Of a stretch of 64,000 nt of DNA, positions 1 to 17,159 are shown in pieces. Source of the DNA: the human T2T-CHM13v2.0 reference genome, Homo sapiens; NCBI RefSeq assembly GCF_009914755.1, contig NC_060929.1. One strand, written 5' to 3'. The stretch's first letter is position 1; each line of letters opens with the position of its first letter. The notes under the pieces were generated by a model. That model had not been told where the DNA came from. It ran no database searches and saw nothing but the letters and a program-made list of their open reading frames with translations. Made by a program: the position numbers and the translations under genes.

Positions 1-1486
1 TTCAATAACTGGCAGTATTGGCTCTCCTGTTTAATTCAAATTTATCTTTTAAGGATCAACTAAAGTTCCAACTCTTTCATGATGCCTTTCAGACAACTTC
101 AGCCCACACTGAATTCACTCCCCTCTGCTGCAATTAGTGGCAGCGATAATACACAGAGTACTAGTTCTTTATATGTTTCAGGTGCTTCACAAATAGATAT
201 ATAGAATATGCTAGAAAAATTAAGAATTATTCAGGAAAGGCACTAAAAGGTAAGTTATTGAGGGACAATGAGGTGAGAACTGAAAATGTAATGAGTAACT
301 TGTTAAATTGAAACATCAAGGGTCTCTTCTCTTTATGCTACTTGAGAAAATTTTATATTTTAGATAATGATTGCAAATTGATGACCAAGTACACTATTGA
401 GACAAACTGCTTATCTACCATATATATGAAAGCCAGGAAATCATGTAAGTGCCCACCTACTAAATTTGTTTATAGAGAGTTAATTAAAGCGTCTTTTCTA
501 CCTGTTGCACCTGTTAATCATTTCACAGCACATTACCTTAGCTAACTGCAAGTGGTAGAATTAAACAAGTCAGACATTTTCCCTAATGAAAATGAAAAGT
601 TGAAGTCTCTGATATTTTCTTCCACACTGACGAGTATTTGTTGCCACAGGTTGTCGTTATATCAAGGTAAATCTCAATACTAATTTACTCATACAGAACT
701 TTTCACCAAAAGATAAGCTGCATGGTATCCTAGGGAAAAGAATGGTGGCAGGGTGGCTATTAAGAGTGAACAGGAATTTATCAGATGGTTCAGAGAGAGG
801 CTTTGCGGAGAGAAGGAATGCAGGACAGAGAGATCTCAGAGTTTAGAAGGAGGGGCATTCCTCTGAAGATGAAACAATGGATCTTGAAGAGCAGAAAGTT
901 TTCCGAAGTTGAAAAAGAAGGCTTGGCTAACATGAACCTCTAAGATTATGTTAACTTTACACTGTAGGCTTTATACTAAGCTTTTACCAAATTTTATACT
1001 CTAGAAAATGAGTGCCTAAGATAGCTTCTTAGTTGTTAGCTTTATTAAATTTGTGTTAGGAAAGGAACAATGATGGCAGTGGAAAGGAGAGACAAAAGGG
1101 GGTTGGACTGCTGTTAGAGAAGCTAGTTAGAACGCCTTGCTCTAGAATACATGAGAAATGATGTCTGAATGAGGCAGCGCAGAGAGAAAGGTTTACAGGC
1201 ATCCAGGAGTTGGGGACAAAAAAAAGATAAGGCAGAGTAATCTAGGTTCTACTCAAAATGTTTCTGTTAAGAGTTCTCTCAACCCTACAGAGCCTTAGTT
1301 TTCTCAATAGAAGTATTTCCCTAGTGTGAGAGAAGCATGAAAGTAATCTGAATGAGAGGCTCTCAGGTACTCATCTGAGGCAGTCATTGACAATCTTACC
1401 ATCCAACAATATTAGCAATCGCTAACACAGTGTATAGTATTATTTACCAACAACACAACATTAAGCATACACATTAACTGCTCAGA

Positions 1487-1740
1487 AGAGTACCAGGCAC
1501 TTGTAACTGCTATGTAAGTGCTAGATATTGTACATGGATATAAAGCACTTTTAATCTTCACAAGAACAACCCTGTGGGATACTAATAGTATCCCTATGAA
1601 AAATGAGAAATGAGAAAACCGAAGAAAAGAGAGGTCCAGGAATTTGCTCAATGTCAAACAGCTATCAACTGGTGAAGCTATGATTTGAACCCAAGCAGTA
1701 TGTCCAGAGTCCATGCCCTGAAGTACAACACTACACTGCT
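1487..1740 (-). mobile_element. MIR SINE fragment
   Basis: Reverse-complement MIR core (aatttgctcaatgtcaaacagct...gatttgaacccaagcagt); boundaries approximate. Confidence 0.75.
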
Positions 1741-3362
1741 CCTTCAGAACCAGTCATGCTCTGAGATAGTGAAAGCCTTTCTATGTCGAGTCTCATTTGC
1801 AAATTATGGGGATACAAATGAAGAGAGGACACAACTAGGGACAGGACAGTCAAGGTTGTCCTAAGCCAGAGGTGATGTGCAAGTTTGAGGGACATGTTGT
1901 AAGGTCAACTTGGGCATAGTAAATAGTAGTTCTGGTTCAGAAGACACTGAATTCTCATAAAGAGGCACAGAATGGTGATGTTCAAACCATATTTCTGGTC
2001 TCTTTCTGGATAAATAAATATTTACAAGTAGGAAATACTGAGTTTAGCTACACTGAACACCAGAGTAGCTGTTTAACTTTTAGTGTGCTATTTTGAGTGG
2101 ATGATTAAATATGCTTTTAAAAGTAGATTTTGTAATATTTTAGTCAATAATCTTCTCCCCTGTAATATACTTAAATGGTAATGATGCTTACTTACTTACT
2201 GTCAATTTAAGAGACCAGCTTCTATCAGAAACACCCAATGTTACAGTGAAATGTCCAGTATTTTTTAGTATCTGCGATTAGTTGTTACCCGGGAAATAAC
2301 TTCTAATATATAAATGTATAAAAATAATTTTGTTTAGTAATTTGTTAATAGTATCTGATTTTGAGGGATTTGAAGCAAATTGACACAGGAAAACATTAAG
2401 CTGAACACACAGCTGGACCTCTGAAGTATCAATTTGCTGCTTTTACTTCAACAAAATGTTTTACTCACTTTAAAAAAAAAATAAAGCAATTTTGAAAACA
2501 GTTACAGCATACTGGGTTGTTAGACAGGAAATGTCACATACATAATAATGCTCACTATCATCAATTAATTTTATATTTTAGTTTTTAAAGTTTTAAGATT
2601 AAAAGTTAGTTTCCAATATCAGGATATTGTTTTGTGCCTCAAATGAACATACATCTTTTTATAGAAAATTACTTTAAATTGTGTATCATAAACTTGCTCA
2701 TACAATCCCCTACTCTACTGGAAGTGACAGTTGAAAAAAAAATTAGTGGAAAAATATGATCTTCTAGACTGCAGTCCTAGCCTGAATGCCTGAAACCTTG
2801 TTACATATGCTAGGAACTGTGAGTTATTCAGCTGTTGTGTATCAAAATCAGTTTTGTTTTTATTTTTATTTTTTTGAGAAAAAAAGATATTTTACATTGA
2901 ATAGCTCTAAGAGAAAAGGCAACCACAAAACATTCAGGGGTCAGAAATCTGGGTATGATGAAAATTTCAATATGCTTAATGTAGAAAGGGGGCAAATCAG
3001 ATTTCTGATTCTTATCTTGCTAAAGACTCCTAATTAGGGATTCTTACACACAAAATAAAGGCTCCACTTTTTCTGGGGGTTTCTTAGGGAAATTATATAA
3101 TAATGCATAATGTTAAACTATGAAGAAACTTCTCTGAAACCTCAGTGCATTTTGTGGTATATTCTTAGAGAAATACCCCAAGACTATACCAAAGCCAAGA
3201 ACTATTCTTGGCCATACCAGTTCAGGGGCATCAGACGTTCTAAAAAGAGAGCTGTCTCTTCTCTTTGACCATGTCACCTGATGCTGGACCAGAGCTTCAG
3301 GAATTTCATATCTAGCCTATTTGTCCTTGACGTTTCTTGGGCTGTGTTTTGTTCAGCGATTT

Positions 3363-3365
<3 letters not shown>

Positions 3366-3400
<35 letters not shown>
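3366..3400. repeat. (GT)n microsatellite, about 17 units
   Basis: Directly visible perfect run. Confidence 0.98.
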
Positions 3401-3403
<3 letters not shown>

Positions 3404-3589
3404 TTAACAGTCTGTCAATGAGACAATGAGCTTTTAACGTACAGCACATACTGTGTAAGCTCTGGATTGTGAGGGAGAGGTAAAGAAATTTTACTTATTA
3501 CTAAGTTGTTTTTCCAAAGATTGAGAGTCCATCAAGTAGGTTTGTGTTGGCGAACATTTTCTCATTTGTCCTAACTGTCATGCGGATTT

Positions 3590-3705
3590 AGGCATCACCA
3601 TCCCAGCTTTTGACAGATGAGGAAACTGAGGCTTAAGAAGCTTCCGTTACTTGACTGAGATCACCCTGTCAGCAAGGAAGAGGCTTTGATTTGAATCCAA
3701 AATGC
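3590..3705 (-). mobile_element. MIR core fragment
   Basis: acagatgaggaaactgaggctt...gatttgaatccaa matches the reverse MIR core. Confidence 0.8.
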
Positions 3706-6700
3706 AGGTTGCTACCACTACATTACAAAAGCCAGATGTCTGAGATTTAGCATGCATCCTTGTATTTGCAAATAAGGAAGAAATTGACAATCTGATGTCT
3801 CCAGTACAAAAAAAAAAAAAACCCAAATATCATTCTCCTTTGGGTACTGATTTACTGAAGGGATAGTTTTTAATTGCACCATAAAAATGCTATTGAACCA
3901 CACTATCTTTAAAAAATTCCATTTAACTATGAATGATAGATTTATGACTCATTTAATTGTTCACTTCTTGAGATTTTGGGGCTGTCTCTTTGCTAAAAAT
4001 GAGGGGGTGTCTTCATTATTGACACAATCGCTCATTCTTTCAGTCATTTTTATAAACAAAAATATTGAGACAGTATAAATTAGAGAGAGCATGACAGAAG
4101 AGAAAGAATAATTACTTGTGGTTTTAACATTTACACAACTGCTGCGAACACATCAGAAGTTCATAACGTTCAAAGTGAAATGTGTTGCACTGTACTGTAC
4201 TGCTCTCACATTCTGCTTCAGATTTATTAATACATCCGCTTTACTTCCACCCTTGAGGATAGGAGCCCCGTGCTGGACATCTCTGTGAAGCCTACTGGTG
4301 TGCTCCCTTCACCACACATTTCATAAATACTACTGGAACTGCATTAAGCTAAACATTATAACCAGAAAGGCTAGAAAATCAAGAATGTAGATGATTATAA
4401 CCATAGCTCACATTTATTAACAAGCACTTACTCTGGGGCAGAAACTGTGCTAGACCCCTTGCATCAGTTATCTCATTTAATTTTTACAACAATCCGGAAA
4501 AAGAGGAGTTTAACAGACTTTTCAAGGGCAATAGTGCCATCCCTAAAATAATTTGTATATCACATACTTTCCTTGGTTGTTTTATTTTTTTGAATATCTG
4601 CCTCTGGAATCTTTTCCCAAACTACTCCTTGGGCAAAAATTTTGGTCCATGGTTTTACGGTTTTCACTGAGTTGCTTAATATTAGAGCCAACTAAAGATT
4701 CAGTTTTCTTGATTGTTATGTAAATTAATGTTATAATGTTTGAATATGTAAACTGGCCATAGATTTAGTTTTCTCTTACTACTATATTATAATGTTCTAT
4801 ATTAGTATAGCAGGGCTTTTTCCTCCTTATACTTTAAATACAACATAATCGGTTCTTTATAATAACTGGAGGTGGTGGGTGGACTCTAAGGTCAAGAAAT
4901 TGTAAAAAGAAGGCATAATGTCTAGTAAAATAGATAAACTTAAATTTGAGTTCAGTTAAAACAATTGAAATGGAGCAATAATAAATAAACACAGTGAACA
5001 CTTAGCACCTTTTGGACGTATCAGTTGGTTATAAATTTAAACTGTTTATCCAAGGTTCTTGGTATAATACTTAAGTTTAACATAGCTAATGATCTTTCAA
5101 ATATGATACTGTATCATGACTAAATATTCTTTGGATTGAAATTCAACTGAAACATACTATGTAAGTGTAACTGCAAAATTTAAGTGATTGGCAAAGGTTT
5201 GTCTAAAAACAGCAGATTATACTCTTGGCTGACAGCCTTGAAGCACCGAGTGAGAAAGTCCCTGGTAAGTAAAAAACTGATTTCCAAAAGAGGGGGTTTT
5301 TAACCAAATCCCCCCTTCAGCATCTGCTCTCTACTGATGCACAATGTCACATCACTGATGATTATGAAAAAAGCTTTCCTTTCTGTGTTATCTCCAAATA
5401 AAATCTTATCATGATGCCAAAGATAGGGAAGAGGAACCTAATAGGTGTATAAAGAGAAAAGACTGCTTTGAGAAAAAAAGACAAATTCTGAATAAAACTA
5501 GTATTTCAGGGGGAAATATTAACGGCTTGAATTTAATATTAAAAACAACCAAGGTTTTCTTATCCTTCACACTATTAGGTTAAATCAATGGGATATGAGT
5601 AAAGAAACCAATCTTCACAGTACTTTACTGTAGATATAGAAGGATAGAGAATAAAAAGGATACAATTTGTGAAGTCAGAAATCAGGATAAACAAAGGGCT
5701 CTAAAATCTGCTAAAACACTCTCTAGGAAGTTATAACCTAAAATTTTCTTTTTTTCCTCTGGAAATCAAACTCCTTAAGAATGAAGTCAAACCAAAGGGG
5801 TCGAAGGCATATTTTACAACATCCTGACTTAACCTGTAACATTTTTCATTTGTCTTGTCTTTGACCTGCCTTTCCCACTTCAACATGAGCCCCTAGAGAA
5901 TGGTATCAAGGTAATGGTTTATCTATAATTTGCTTGGTTTTGTATATGGAAAGTGAACACTGATTTTCTTGGCAGTAGCTGCATACCACATGCTGTAGCT
6001 ATCTAATTTGAGGACTAGGTTTTTTTTTTTCTTTAATCTTGATAAACTTGGTTTGGGTTAAAAATATCATTGTTACTTAATTTCATAAATAATAATAATA
6101 AAGCAATGCCGTTAGTTATTTACTTATGTTTTGGGTGAACTCCCAAGGTAAAACTGCCAATGAATTCAGAATTTTTAATTCAGAACAATTCAAACTAATG
6201 GAACAATACTTTCAAAACAGAACCCAACTATTAACCTAGATTTTTTTCATTTGCTGCTTAATAATATTTTAAAAATAATATAAAAATTATATCTTTATAC
6301 TAACAATTAGTTTTCTTATTTGAGGGTAATTAAGTATCTTTCTCCCTTTCTTGAATATTGCAATCTTAAGTTATGTTTTCCTGGGCAACAAAAAATGCAA
6401 ACTTGTTAAAGCCAACTTTTTAAACTAAATTTTTAACCACTTCACTGATATTTTAAGTCACTAAGTAAGAATTGCAGAGAAGTCTTTCTGGCCAATAAGA
6501 AAGTCAGCCAAGAAATTTTTGATAAGTATTCTTGAAAACAAATACTTGCAAAACAATGGTGCTGGTACAGAAAAATTAAGCATTGTCTGACCTTTCCTCT
6601 TTCCACTTAGTTCTATTTTGTAATATGCTAAGTTTTTTCTTTTTCAATGCTAGATGAATTACAAAAACATAAGCAAAATTTTATGATTATATTATCATAA

Positions 6701-7401
6701 AACATTGCGTGTAAATGGATTGTAAAAATATTTGTTTCTTATCTCCAATCTGAGTAAGTACTAAGTTCAAAGGTGCTGAGTCATGACCTAAGGTCTTGCT
6801 AGATGGAGTCTTTCCAGAGTCTGGAAACCAGATCTCTTATTCACTGCTCAATATTTATCCACGGCAGTACACTGCCACCATCAACTCTCCATGTATTTAG
6901 CTGACATAAATTAAGCATTCCAGAAGTGACAATGCTTGATAACCAAATGCATAAAATAGTCAACAATTAACATTCAAAATAAGAAAACAGATGTTAGTTT
7001 CTTTTTTATAAAATTATATCTAATTTACAATAAATGCCAATTAAAATTATTAACCAATATACATAAATCTCCTTTGCCTTACTGTCAAATAGCTATGTAG
7101 ATTGTAAAATTATCTTAAATGTTCAAAGGAATTCCTAAAGGTTTTTCATTTCTTTTTTCTCTTTTTTTGATCTCAACTATGAATCAATAACTCCTTGAGC
7201 ATACTGGTCCTTTCTACTCAATAAAAGGCAATCGTATTATCAAAGTGAAAACAAAGGATACTAACGGGATAGTGAATAATCCAACACAAGGCATTGCTCT
7301 GCTAATGGTTATTTCCATTAAATCTAATGACTACAAACAACCGAACTTGATCTTACCATCATCAATAACCACTCAGATTAGCATGTTAAAAGCTTTAATG
7401 T

Positions 7402-7703
<302 letters not shown>

Positions 7704-8274
7704 TTATGACAAAATGTTATTTTAAAAGCAGTGACTTTTCATTTAGGTTGTTAAGAGGAAAGAATTAAGTAGTGGATGAATAACCATCAACTGAAACCTT
7801 AGAAAAGTCACTGTTACTAACTAATGTATTATAATGACTTGCTGTATATTTCTCTTATACCAAGAGTACAACTCCATCCTGCTACTTCTTTATTACCCTT
7901 TGTCTTCATCTTTGAAAGTATTTCAAGTTAAGTGATGATAAGAAGTTGTATTAAGAGGTGATTTGTGATGGTCTGAGATACCAACCCACATTTCATTTAC
8001 TACTATATGTCAGCTCTTCAGGTTTTCCGTTAAGAATATTAGAGGAGTTAATGAAACTTTGCTTTATTGGCCCAGGGTACTCAGCCATTTAATCAAATGG
8101 TTAATTAAACATTCGTTGTATACTGTTTCAGAAGAATACATTATTTTTGTGAGTTACAGATCAAGGGTATATCTTTTTTTATTGAAAATTACATAATTTA
8201 TTTGAAATGTTCCTTCTGGTTTACATCAACACTATTAAAACTTCATGGCTAGAAGATCTATTTTTCCCTTACTC

Positions 8275-9110
<836 letters not shown>

Positions 9111-10385
9111 CAGTAAGAGCAGTTTAGATGTCTACTGTTAGTAGAGCTGGAGGGCCGGGTTCTTGATAGCAGTGGCAGAAGGGAAGAAGGTTAAGGCTGG
9201 AGAGTAGGAATGGGCCTAGGGATAAGATATTCACTGTTAATTTTCAAAGAGAAGCCATGGCTGGATTTTTGGCATGTGAATGATGACCTACAGTTAGCTT
9301 AAGGTTTTAAGAAAGAACAAGCAGTCCTGGGGAGACTGAAGCAGGATGCAATATAAAGCAGGGAGATGAATTAGGATGTTCTAGAAACTTACTGGATGAT
9401 GGTATGATGAGAAAAGGATGGCTCAGGCACTGGATGGGAAAGATGCTACACTTTATGATAAAACTGAGCTGAAAAAAAGCATGCTTACCTTTTTGGTCTT
9501 TTAGTATTTATAGGCACAAAATAAATGTTCAATTTACTTCCTTGCCTCATGAGACTCTCCCTCCCTCTCACTTTTTTTTTTTTTTTAACAAAGTGAGATG
9601 ACTTGATTTAGAAAAAAACTGCAGCTGCTAAAAAGTAACGTAATTGCAGTCTCGCCACTTGGCCTCAAGAGTTTCAAACTTTATCTGAAACCTTGAATTT
9701 CAATGACAATATGCAAAATTTGGAAGCTATATTTTGGCCTTTTTGCTTTGGTTTTCTTCTCTGAAAATGTAGCAACATTCTGGCTGGCCTTGTTTTCCTC
9801 TGGTGTTATGTGATTCTCTGACATCAGCACGGATATATTCAGCCTGACATATGATACTGGTTGGCATGAGAAAGAAGGGGAAGATGGCTGAGTTTATGAG
9901 TAGGACATGACAGCTAAGCTTGAGACTAAGTGGCATCTGCAACAGGTGTTCCTTGGGACCAGAGTTAGAAAGGGCTTCTTCCTCTATTTTTAAAATATGG
10001 GTAACACTTTCACAGCTATATAGAAACTGTGAAAACTACATGCTCGTAGCTATAATATGCAATCAAGATATAATATTTATTATCACCAGGGTGGAGTAAT
10101 TCAGTATCTTTCTTTTGGTTTTCTTCTATTTCTGAATTAGAAGATTCTCATACCTATGGTAGAGGTCCTGAGGTAAGAGGATGAATTTGCTAAGTGCATA
10201 AGATTTTGTTAGTTCAATGTTACTATATCCTACGTGTGTCAAACTTTTATGCCTACAGGATTGAGAGTCTTCTCTATCCCTAGAGGATCATTAAACTTAG
10301 CCAACTGTCTGGGAATTGACAATGACAGAATAATTGAACAACCAAACACTTTTTATTTTCAATATAGGATTCCAAAGCATTCTAG

Positions 10386-10778
<393 letters not shown>

Positions 10779-12199
10779 CTTTTTTACTACTTTTAATGAC
10801 TTTCAGAACCACTACTAGCTGTTTCCATAATGGCAAGCAAATCGGTGCAGTGAGATATTGGGTAAAACATCATAACATCTAAACCATTTTTCTTATATTA
10901 TATCTTGGTCTTTGTGACCACCCAATTCTCAGTCCTCACCATTCTTTCTAATCATAGTGTTTGGTAGAGACTTGGATCCAAGAAACATTGGTCTGGATTT
11001 GATCTGGTTCTCTCATTTTGAGGCTACAAACCACAAAGTATTTTTTGAGGGAAAAAATTTCATTTCCATGTCCAGCAAAATACTACGTGAGTTTACACAC
11101 TAATTTGGCTCGACCTAATTTTCAAAAGATATATAAAATAGGAAGCTAGTGTTATTCATCTTGTTTGCTAATCACTGTGTAGGTCTAATACTTTTTCTTC
11201 ATTATTCAGTGAATTAGTGAAGAGCCAGCATCAGAACAGAGAAACTCTACCCTCAAATAGATATATTTATAAAAATGTATTTGTAAACCAATTTTCTTTA
11301 TCTTCTTTCTTATAATTAGCAGGCTATTCTACTTGACCCTGGCAAAATATTTTAATTAGGCTATCCATGTCTATTTCAATAAACTTGATTTTTTTTGACA
11401 TTTCAAACATAACCTTGTGTCATTCATGCCTGCCTCCTACTATTTTAAATGTATAGCATGTTCCAGCTGCAGAAATTACCATGGTTACTTGTTATGCCAA
11501 TAGTGAACTGCAGTTGGCATTTGAAAGTATTGTGCTATCTTGCCTCTGCATTGAAAATGACATCGATATCTCAATAATCTCAATATTACAAATTAACACG
11601 GAAACCTGGAGAAATGTGACTGAGACAATTATTGGTCACAGTGTAAGAAGTTCTTAGCTGAAATATATTTTAGGGTCTTTTGGGGATGCATTATATTCAT
11701 GTTGTCTAAGAGCTCATTTTAATGCCAATGTGATTTTATTTTATTAACAGTATTGTTGAATAATTAAAATCTTAACCCCTCCTTTTCTTTATGTACTCTT
11801 CTTTAGAAATGCATAGAAGTTCAATACTTCTTTGGCTGGAAAATGATTCATATTTAATGTGAAATGATTAACAGAGAACACAAAAAGTATGGTTTGCTAA
11901 AGGTACTCTTGTGTCCAAGGATGGTATCCAGGATTAAGTTGATTGGATCAGAGCCCTTAATTCTCTGCTGACCAGTTGAAGCTTTATTAAGGAAGGTTCT
12001 AGTTAATAAATAGTTTTCTTCTAAGTTACTATTTAACCACTCCTGCTTCAGAAAAGTGCTTTAAAAATTCTTGGTGTCATTTTTCCATGCCTCTCACAGA
12101 TCTCTTAACTTTATTTGTTCAAAAGACTTTGTCCTGCAAATCACCTAGTAGAAGAACTCAGAACAATGATACATACTGCAGTATGGAGTCTGGGCTTAC

Positions 12200-12247
12200 C
12201 TGCACTGGTGCCTGCACCAGACGTGAGGTCTCCACCCATCAGACCAC
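12200..12247 (-). CDS. MEF2C: MEF2C 48-nt coding exon, (G)GLMGGDLTSGAGTSA(G), phase 1-1
   Basis: Acceptor ...ctttaatccatag|GT at 12248, donor CAG|gtaagc at 12199; continues the frame of the 187-nt exon. Not in the ORF track. Confidence 0.96.
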
Positions 12248-12878
12248 CTATGGATTAAAGAGGAAGATCAAAACGAGAAAGGCTAAAGGCCCACAGAACA
12301 AAACACTTTACCTTCAGCAACCTCAGTATTTTGTCCTCTTGCAATAGTCATAAACTTGTAAAGTACAACCCAAGTCAGATGGCTGACATTTGTTTTATTG
12401 TGCCATGCTGTGCTCAAACGTTAAAAATACATTCAATCACTGACATTTTGCAGAATCTTTTTTCTAAGAAAGTTACATTTAAAAAAATCCAGTCTTTGGT
12501 CTCTGCATTTTTATTATTTCTAAGTCTAGGTTTTCCCTAAGCAGATGTTTTATAGAAAGTGAAAGAAAGAGTAAGGTCTACTATATGCTCAGATGACCTC
12601 ACATTTGATGTTTAGTTCTTTGTAAATATGTTTTATGCCATTAATTTTGTGCAATGTTAATTGTCCAGAAATTTGATCGTTTCATGAATCTACCCACATT
12701 TACTACTAAAATCTTATTGACTGACACAATATAACAAATTTTTCACCGGCCACAGATTAAGAAACATATGCTTATTCATTGCTAACTTTAGACAGTATGT
12801 TAAAATTTGGCAATGTTTATTTATGAGAGTCAAGATGTTTCAATAAGGTATTGAACATAAAAATTACTTTTAGTTTTG

Positions 12879-13200
<322 letters not shown>

Positions 13201-13337
13201 TCAGCCAAAAGAATAATAGTGAGAATATCATCTAGATTTTCTAATTGCCTCTAAGTGATACTCTGTAATTATTAGTTGGTTCAGGTTTTGGAATTAAAAG
13301 AAAATGTTTGTTTATATATATACATATATATACACGA

Positions 13338-13637
13338 TTTTTTTTTTTTTTTGAGACAGAGCTTGCTCTGTTGCCCAGGCTGGAGTATAGTGGCAGTAAT
13401 ATGGCTCACTGCAGCCTCAACCTCCCAGGCTCAAGTGGTCCTCCCACCCCAGCCTCTCGAGTAGCCGGGACCACATACACAAGCCACTGTACCTAGTTAA
13501 TTTAAAAAAAAAATGTTTGTAGAGATGGGGTTTCTCTATGTTGCCCAGGCTGGTCTTGAATTCCTGGGCTCAAGCAATCCTCCCACCTCAGCCTCCTAAA
13601 GTGTTGAGATTACAGGCGTGACCCACTGCATCTGGCC
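13338..13637 (-). mobile_element. AluJ
   Basis: T tail then gctcactgcagcctcaacctcccaggctcaag; diverged. Confidence 0.92.
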
Positions 13638-14599
13638 TTCGTTACAGTTTAAGCAAATGTTTATTATTTCCAATCAGATAATATTTTGGAAATACCGTAT
13701 CAAATTCAAAAAAATGAGCATGAGTTTATCAAATAGGAAAGTGAACTGCATTCTAGTATGATCTGAAAGGAATACATGTGGTTACTGAAAATTCATACGA
13801 AAATTTTCAAATATATTCAAAAGTCAAGAGAATGGCTCAATGAAGTCCTTTGTATACATTTCCCAGACTCAAGATTAAAATTTTTTATTTGGATGAATTT
13901 AACTGTATTTTCTATATAAAGCTTCTGTAACAAAAATAGTAATACATGTTTGGTTTTAATTGTAAGGCAGATATATAAGTATTCTACAGGAAAATTCCTC
14001 CATGAATAAACTATTTTCATACAGCTATGTGTATGTAGGATACATTAAAAATTTCCTATAGAGTACTTTTAAAAATATGAAATGCAAATATATAATGGTT
14101 TGCTGTATGTGACTTAGAAATACAATTATTTTTGATGCTGCTTCTGGAAACATAAAGGAATAATTTTGTTATATTCAATACGCATTGACTTGGTTCCTAC
14201 TGTTAGTTTAGCAAATCAAGAGAACATTCTTCCCTTAAATGTTCTTTAAATCCAGTATCAAAATAGACATATATTAAATACAATTCATCATAATGTATTT
14301 TGATTGTTCTAAGTACTAAGAATGGATGAACTTTTTCTGAGAAATAATTTATTTTTCTCTTGGACACTGTGAATTGAACAACAGCAAGTAAAAGTGCAGA
14401 GACAAATTTGTGGCAGGTGTACATGTGTTTAATTAACTTCATTTCTGATTCAGCTTTGTTTTTATTTCACATGTCTTACAAATGATGCTATCTTATCATA
14501 TTTCCTTTCTGCCTAAGTCCTTTGTGGGATAAGTTACTGTATAAATAAAAAAAAATTGACCCAAATAATAAATAACTAAATGGGATAAATACTATCACA

Positions 14600-14895
14600 G
14601 AACACAGGGGAAGGTTTCACAGAAGTGGTAGCTTGGCCAGGAGGAAGAGGGAAAATGGCATTTTAGGCAGGGAGGACGAGCAGAAGTAAAAGTGTGGAGA
14701 AAGGATATCTGACATCCTGTTTGAGAGTATGTGGTTAAAATATAGCCACAGGAGGAGATAGGTGACAGAATGAAAAAGATAAACGGCAGATTATGAAAGA
14801 TTTCGAAAAACATACTAAAGAATTTAGGCTCTATCATGCAGGAGACCTAGCTCGGGGGTGGATGGTAAGCCATGAAGGAGAGTAAGTGGAAAACC
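14600..14895 (-). mobile_element. L2 fragment
   Basis: Purine-rich L2-like text (aagaatttaggctctatcatgcagg...aagccatgaagg). Confidence 0.5.
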
Positions 14896-14975
14896 AGAAA
14901 ACATCTCGTAGATAAAGCAGTGTTGGCTTTGCCGAAAATGGTTCCTTCCAACTATTTGTTAGCATTACATCCTTA

Positions 14976-15230
<255 letters not shown>

Positions 15231-16529
15231 TCAAGACAGACAGCCCTTATTTTTCCAAGAAAAATTCTACATTCCAAACTACTTTGTGTCTAGAAGACCA
15301 TTAAGAAGAGCTCTCAAGACGTTCAGATCATAAATTGATTTCTTAAATGTGCTTAGAACTCCTTCTTTGCAACCATTAAAAAATGTTTCACTTTTGTTTA
15401 AAACAAAGCCCCATTTCATTAGACTCCATTGTCTTTGGATTCCATTCTATTAAGTAGTAATTGTTCATTTGTGATATCTGAATCTGGTGCCAGAAATGAC
15501 TGCAAGATCAAAGGTGCCTGATTGTGATGACTTCACAGAGAAAAAGGATTAAAATGCAAACCGAAGCCTTTGATTTAATTGCTTATTGAAGCATATTTAT
15601 GTAGAAGTTTAATGATAGAAAATCATCTCCAAGCATGTGCATAGCACATATACCTTAATTATCATTTTTTAAAGTCTATGTTTTAAAAGTAACTCTAAAG
15701 ATAATAGGCATTTTAACATACAAGATTCAACAGAGCATGTATCATTCAATAATTCACATTTTGAAGTGGCAATTCAGAAAACACTATGCTTCATATTTTG
15801 GTGTGTACCGCCACTGACAAATGGCAAGACCTGTATCTCAATTGTGAAAGTTGGCAAATATTTAGTGAACTGAAGCTGTGTGGATGTCTAATTAGATTAA
15901 TCCAGGTTTCAATGATTGATTTTTGAGTAATTATTTTGTCAATTTAAGCAAAATCATGTTTATGTTTCTGCTGTACTAACTAGATGAACATAGGAACATA
16001 ATTGTAGCTACTTTTTTTTAAGCATTACGAGTAAAAATACTCTTTGAATATAATGCCAGAGAACTCATATGGTATCAAAACATATGGCATTCTTAATATA
16101 AAATGGACATATATATGGAATAGGATTTATAGAAGGCATTAAGGCATTCCCTTGGGGGTTCTCAATAAGTTATTGTGCAAATTTAAATGCATATGTGCTT
16201 GAGGCTCAGTTGGTTGTTTTTTTTGGTCCCATTTTGTTTTTACTATTGTTTGCCCTTAGTGCTGACATCCACTTTCTGTTACTGTTTGGTTGGCTGGCCT
16301 GCATCATACATCTTTCTGTGTAATATTTCTCTGTTTATCTTGGTGATGATCACAATACTTTTCTTTGTTTATGTTTATGCTCCCTTATTATTAATTTCCC
16401 ATTTTTCTTTTCTTCCATGTTCTGGACATGTCAATCTTGACAACAGCAAATGCTTTACATTCAAAACTCTTTTCTTTCACACATCTTTGATTTTTCATTT
16501 GTATTTTATTTCATATTTACTTTTATTAT

Positions 16530-16820
16530 TATATTATTATTTTTAGACACAGTCTCACTCTGTTGCTTAGGCTGGAGTGCAGTGGTGCCATCTCTGCTCA
16601 CTGCAACCTCTGCCTATCTGGTTCAAGTGATTCTGCTGCCTCTGCCTCCCAAGCAGTGGTTGGCATGTGCCACCACGCCCAGCTATTTTTTTGTATTTTT
16701 AGTAGAGATGGGGTTTTGCCATGTTGCCCAGGCTGGTCTTGAACTCCTGAGCGCAGGTGATCCGCCCACCTCGGCCTCCCAAAGTACTGGGATTATAGGT
16801 GTGAGCTACCACATCTGGCC
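16530..16820 (-). mobile_element. Alu (AluS-type) with small internal deletion
   Basis: Reverse Alu with (TTA)-rich tail; lacks part of tagctgggactacag. Confidence 0.92.
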
Positions 16821-17159
16821 CAATCTGTCATTGTTTTAGAGGGAAATAAAAATGTTCAAGTGATATAAGTAATATGGTCAGTCTTTATTAGGATTTATCT
16901 ACAGTAAACAGGGGAAATAATTTTTGGATAGACATCATGACATAATGGAATATAAATGTTTGATAAGACATCAAATAATGAATTTAGCCTTACATGTCCA
17001 GCCCCCTTTTAACAACAAAAAATCAGCATATGCTGTAAAGTCGAAGTCTATAGCATGAATAAAATATTGTATTTCTTCATTAAAAGGCCAAATAAGGATT
17101 GCTCTAGCATACCCAAGAAAACAAAGTAAAGTGATTCTACTAGGTATATTCTCCACTTG

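Noticed and set aside
1576-1594. Palindrome gggatacta-a-tagtatccc
   Set aside because: Short and inside a decayed MIR.
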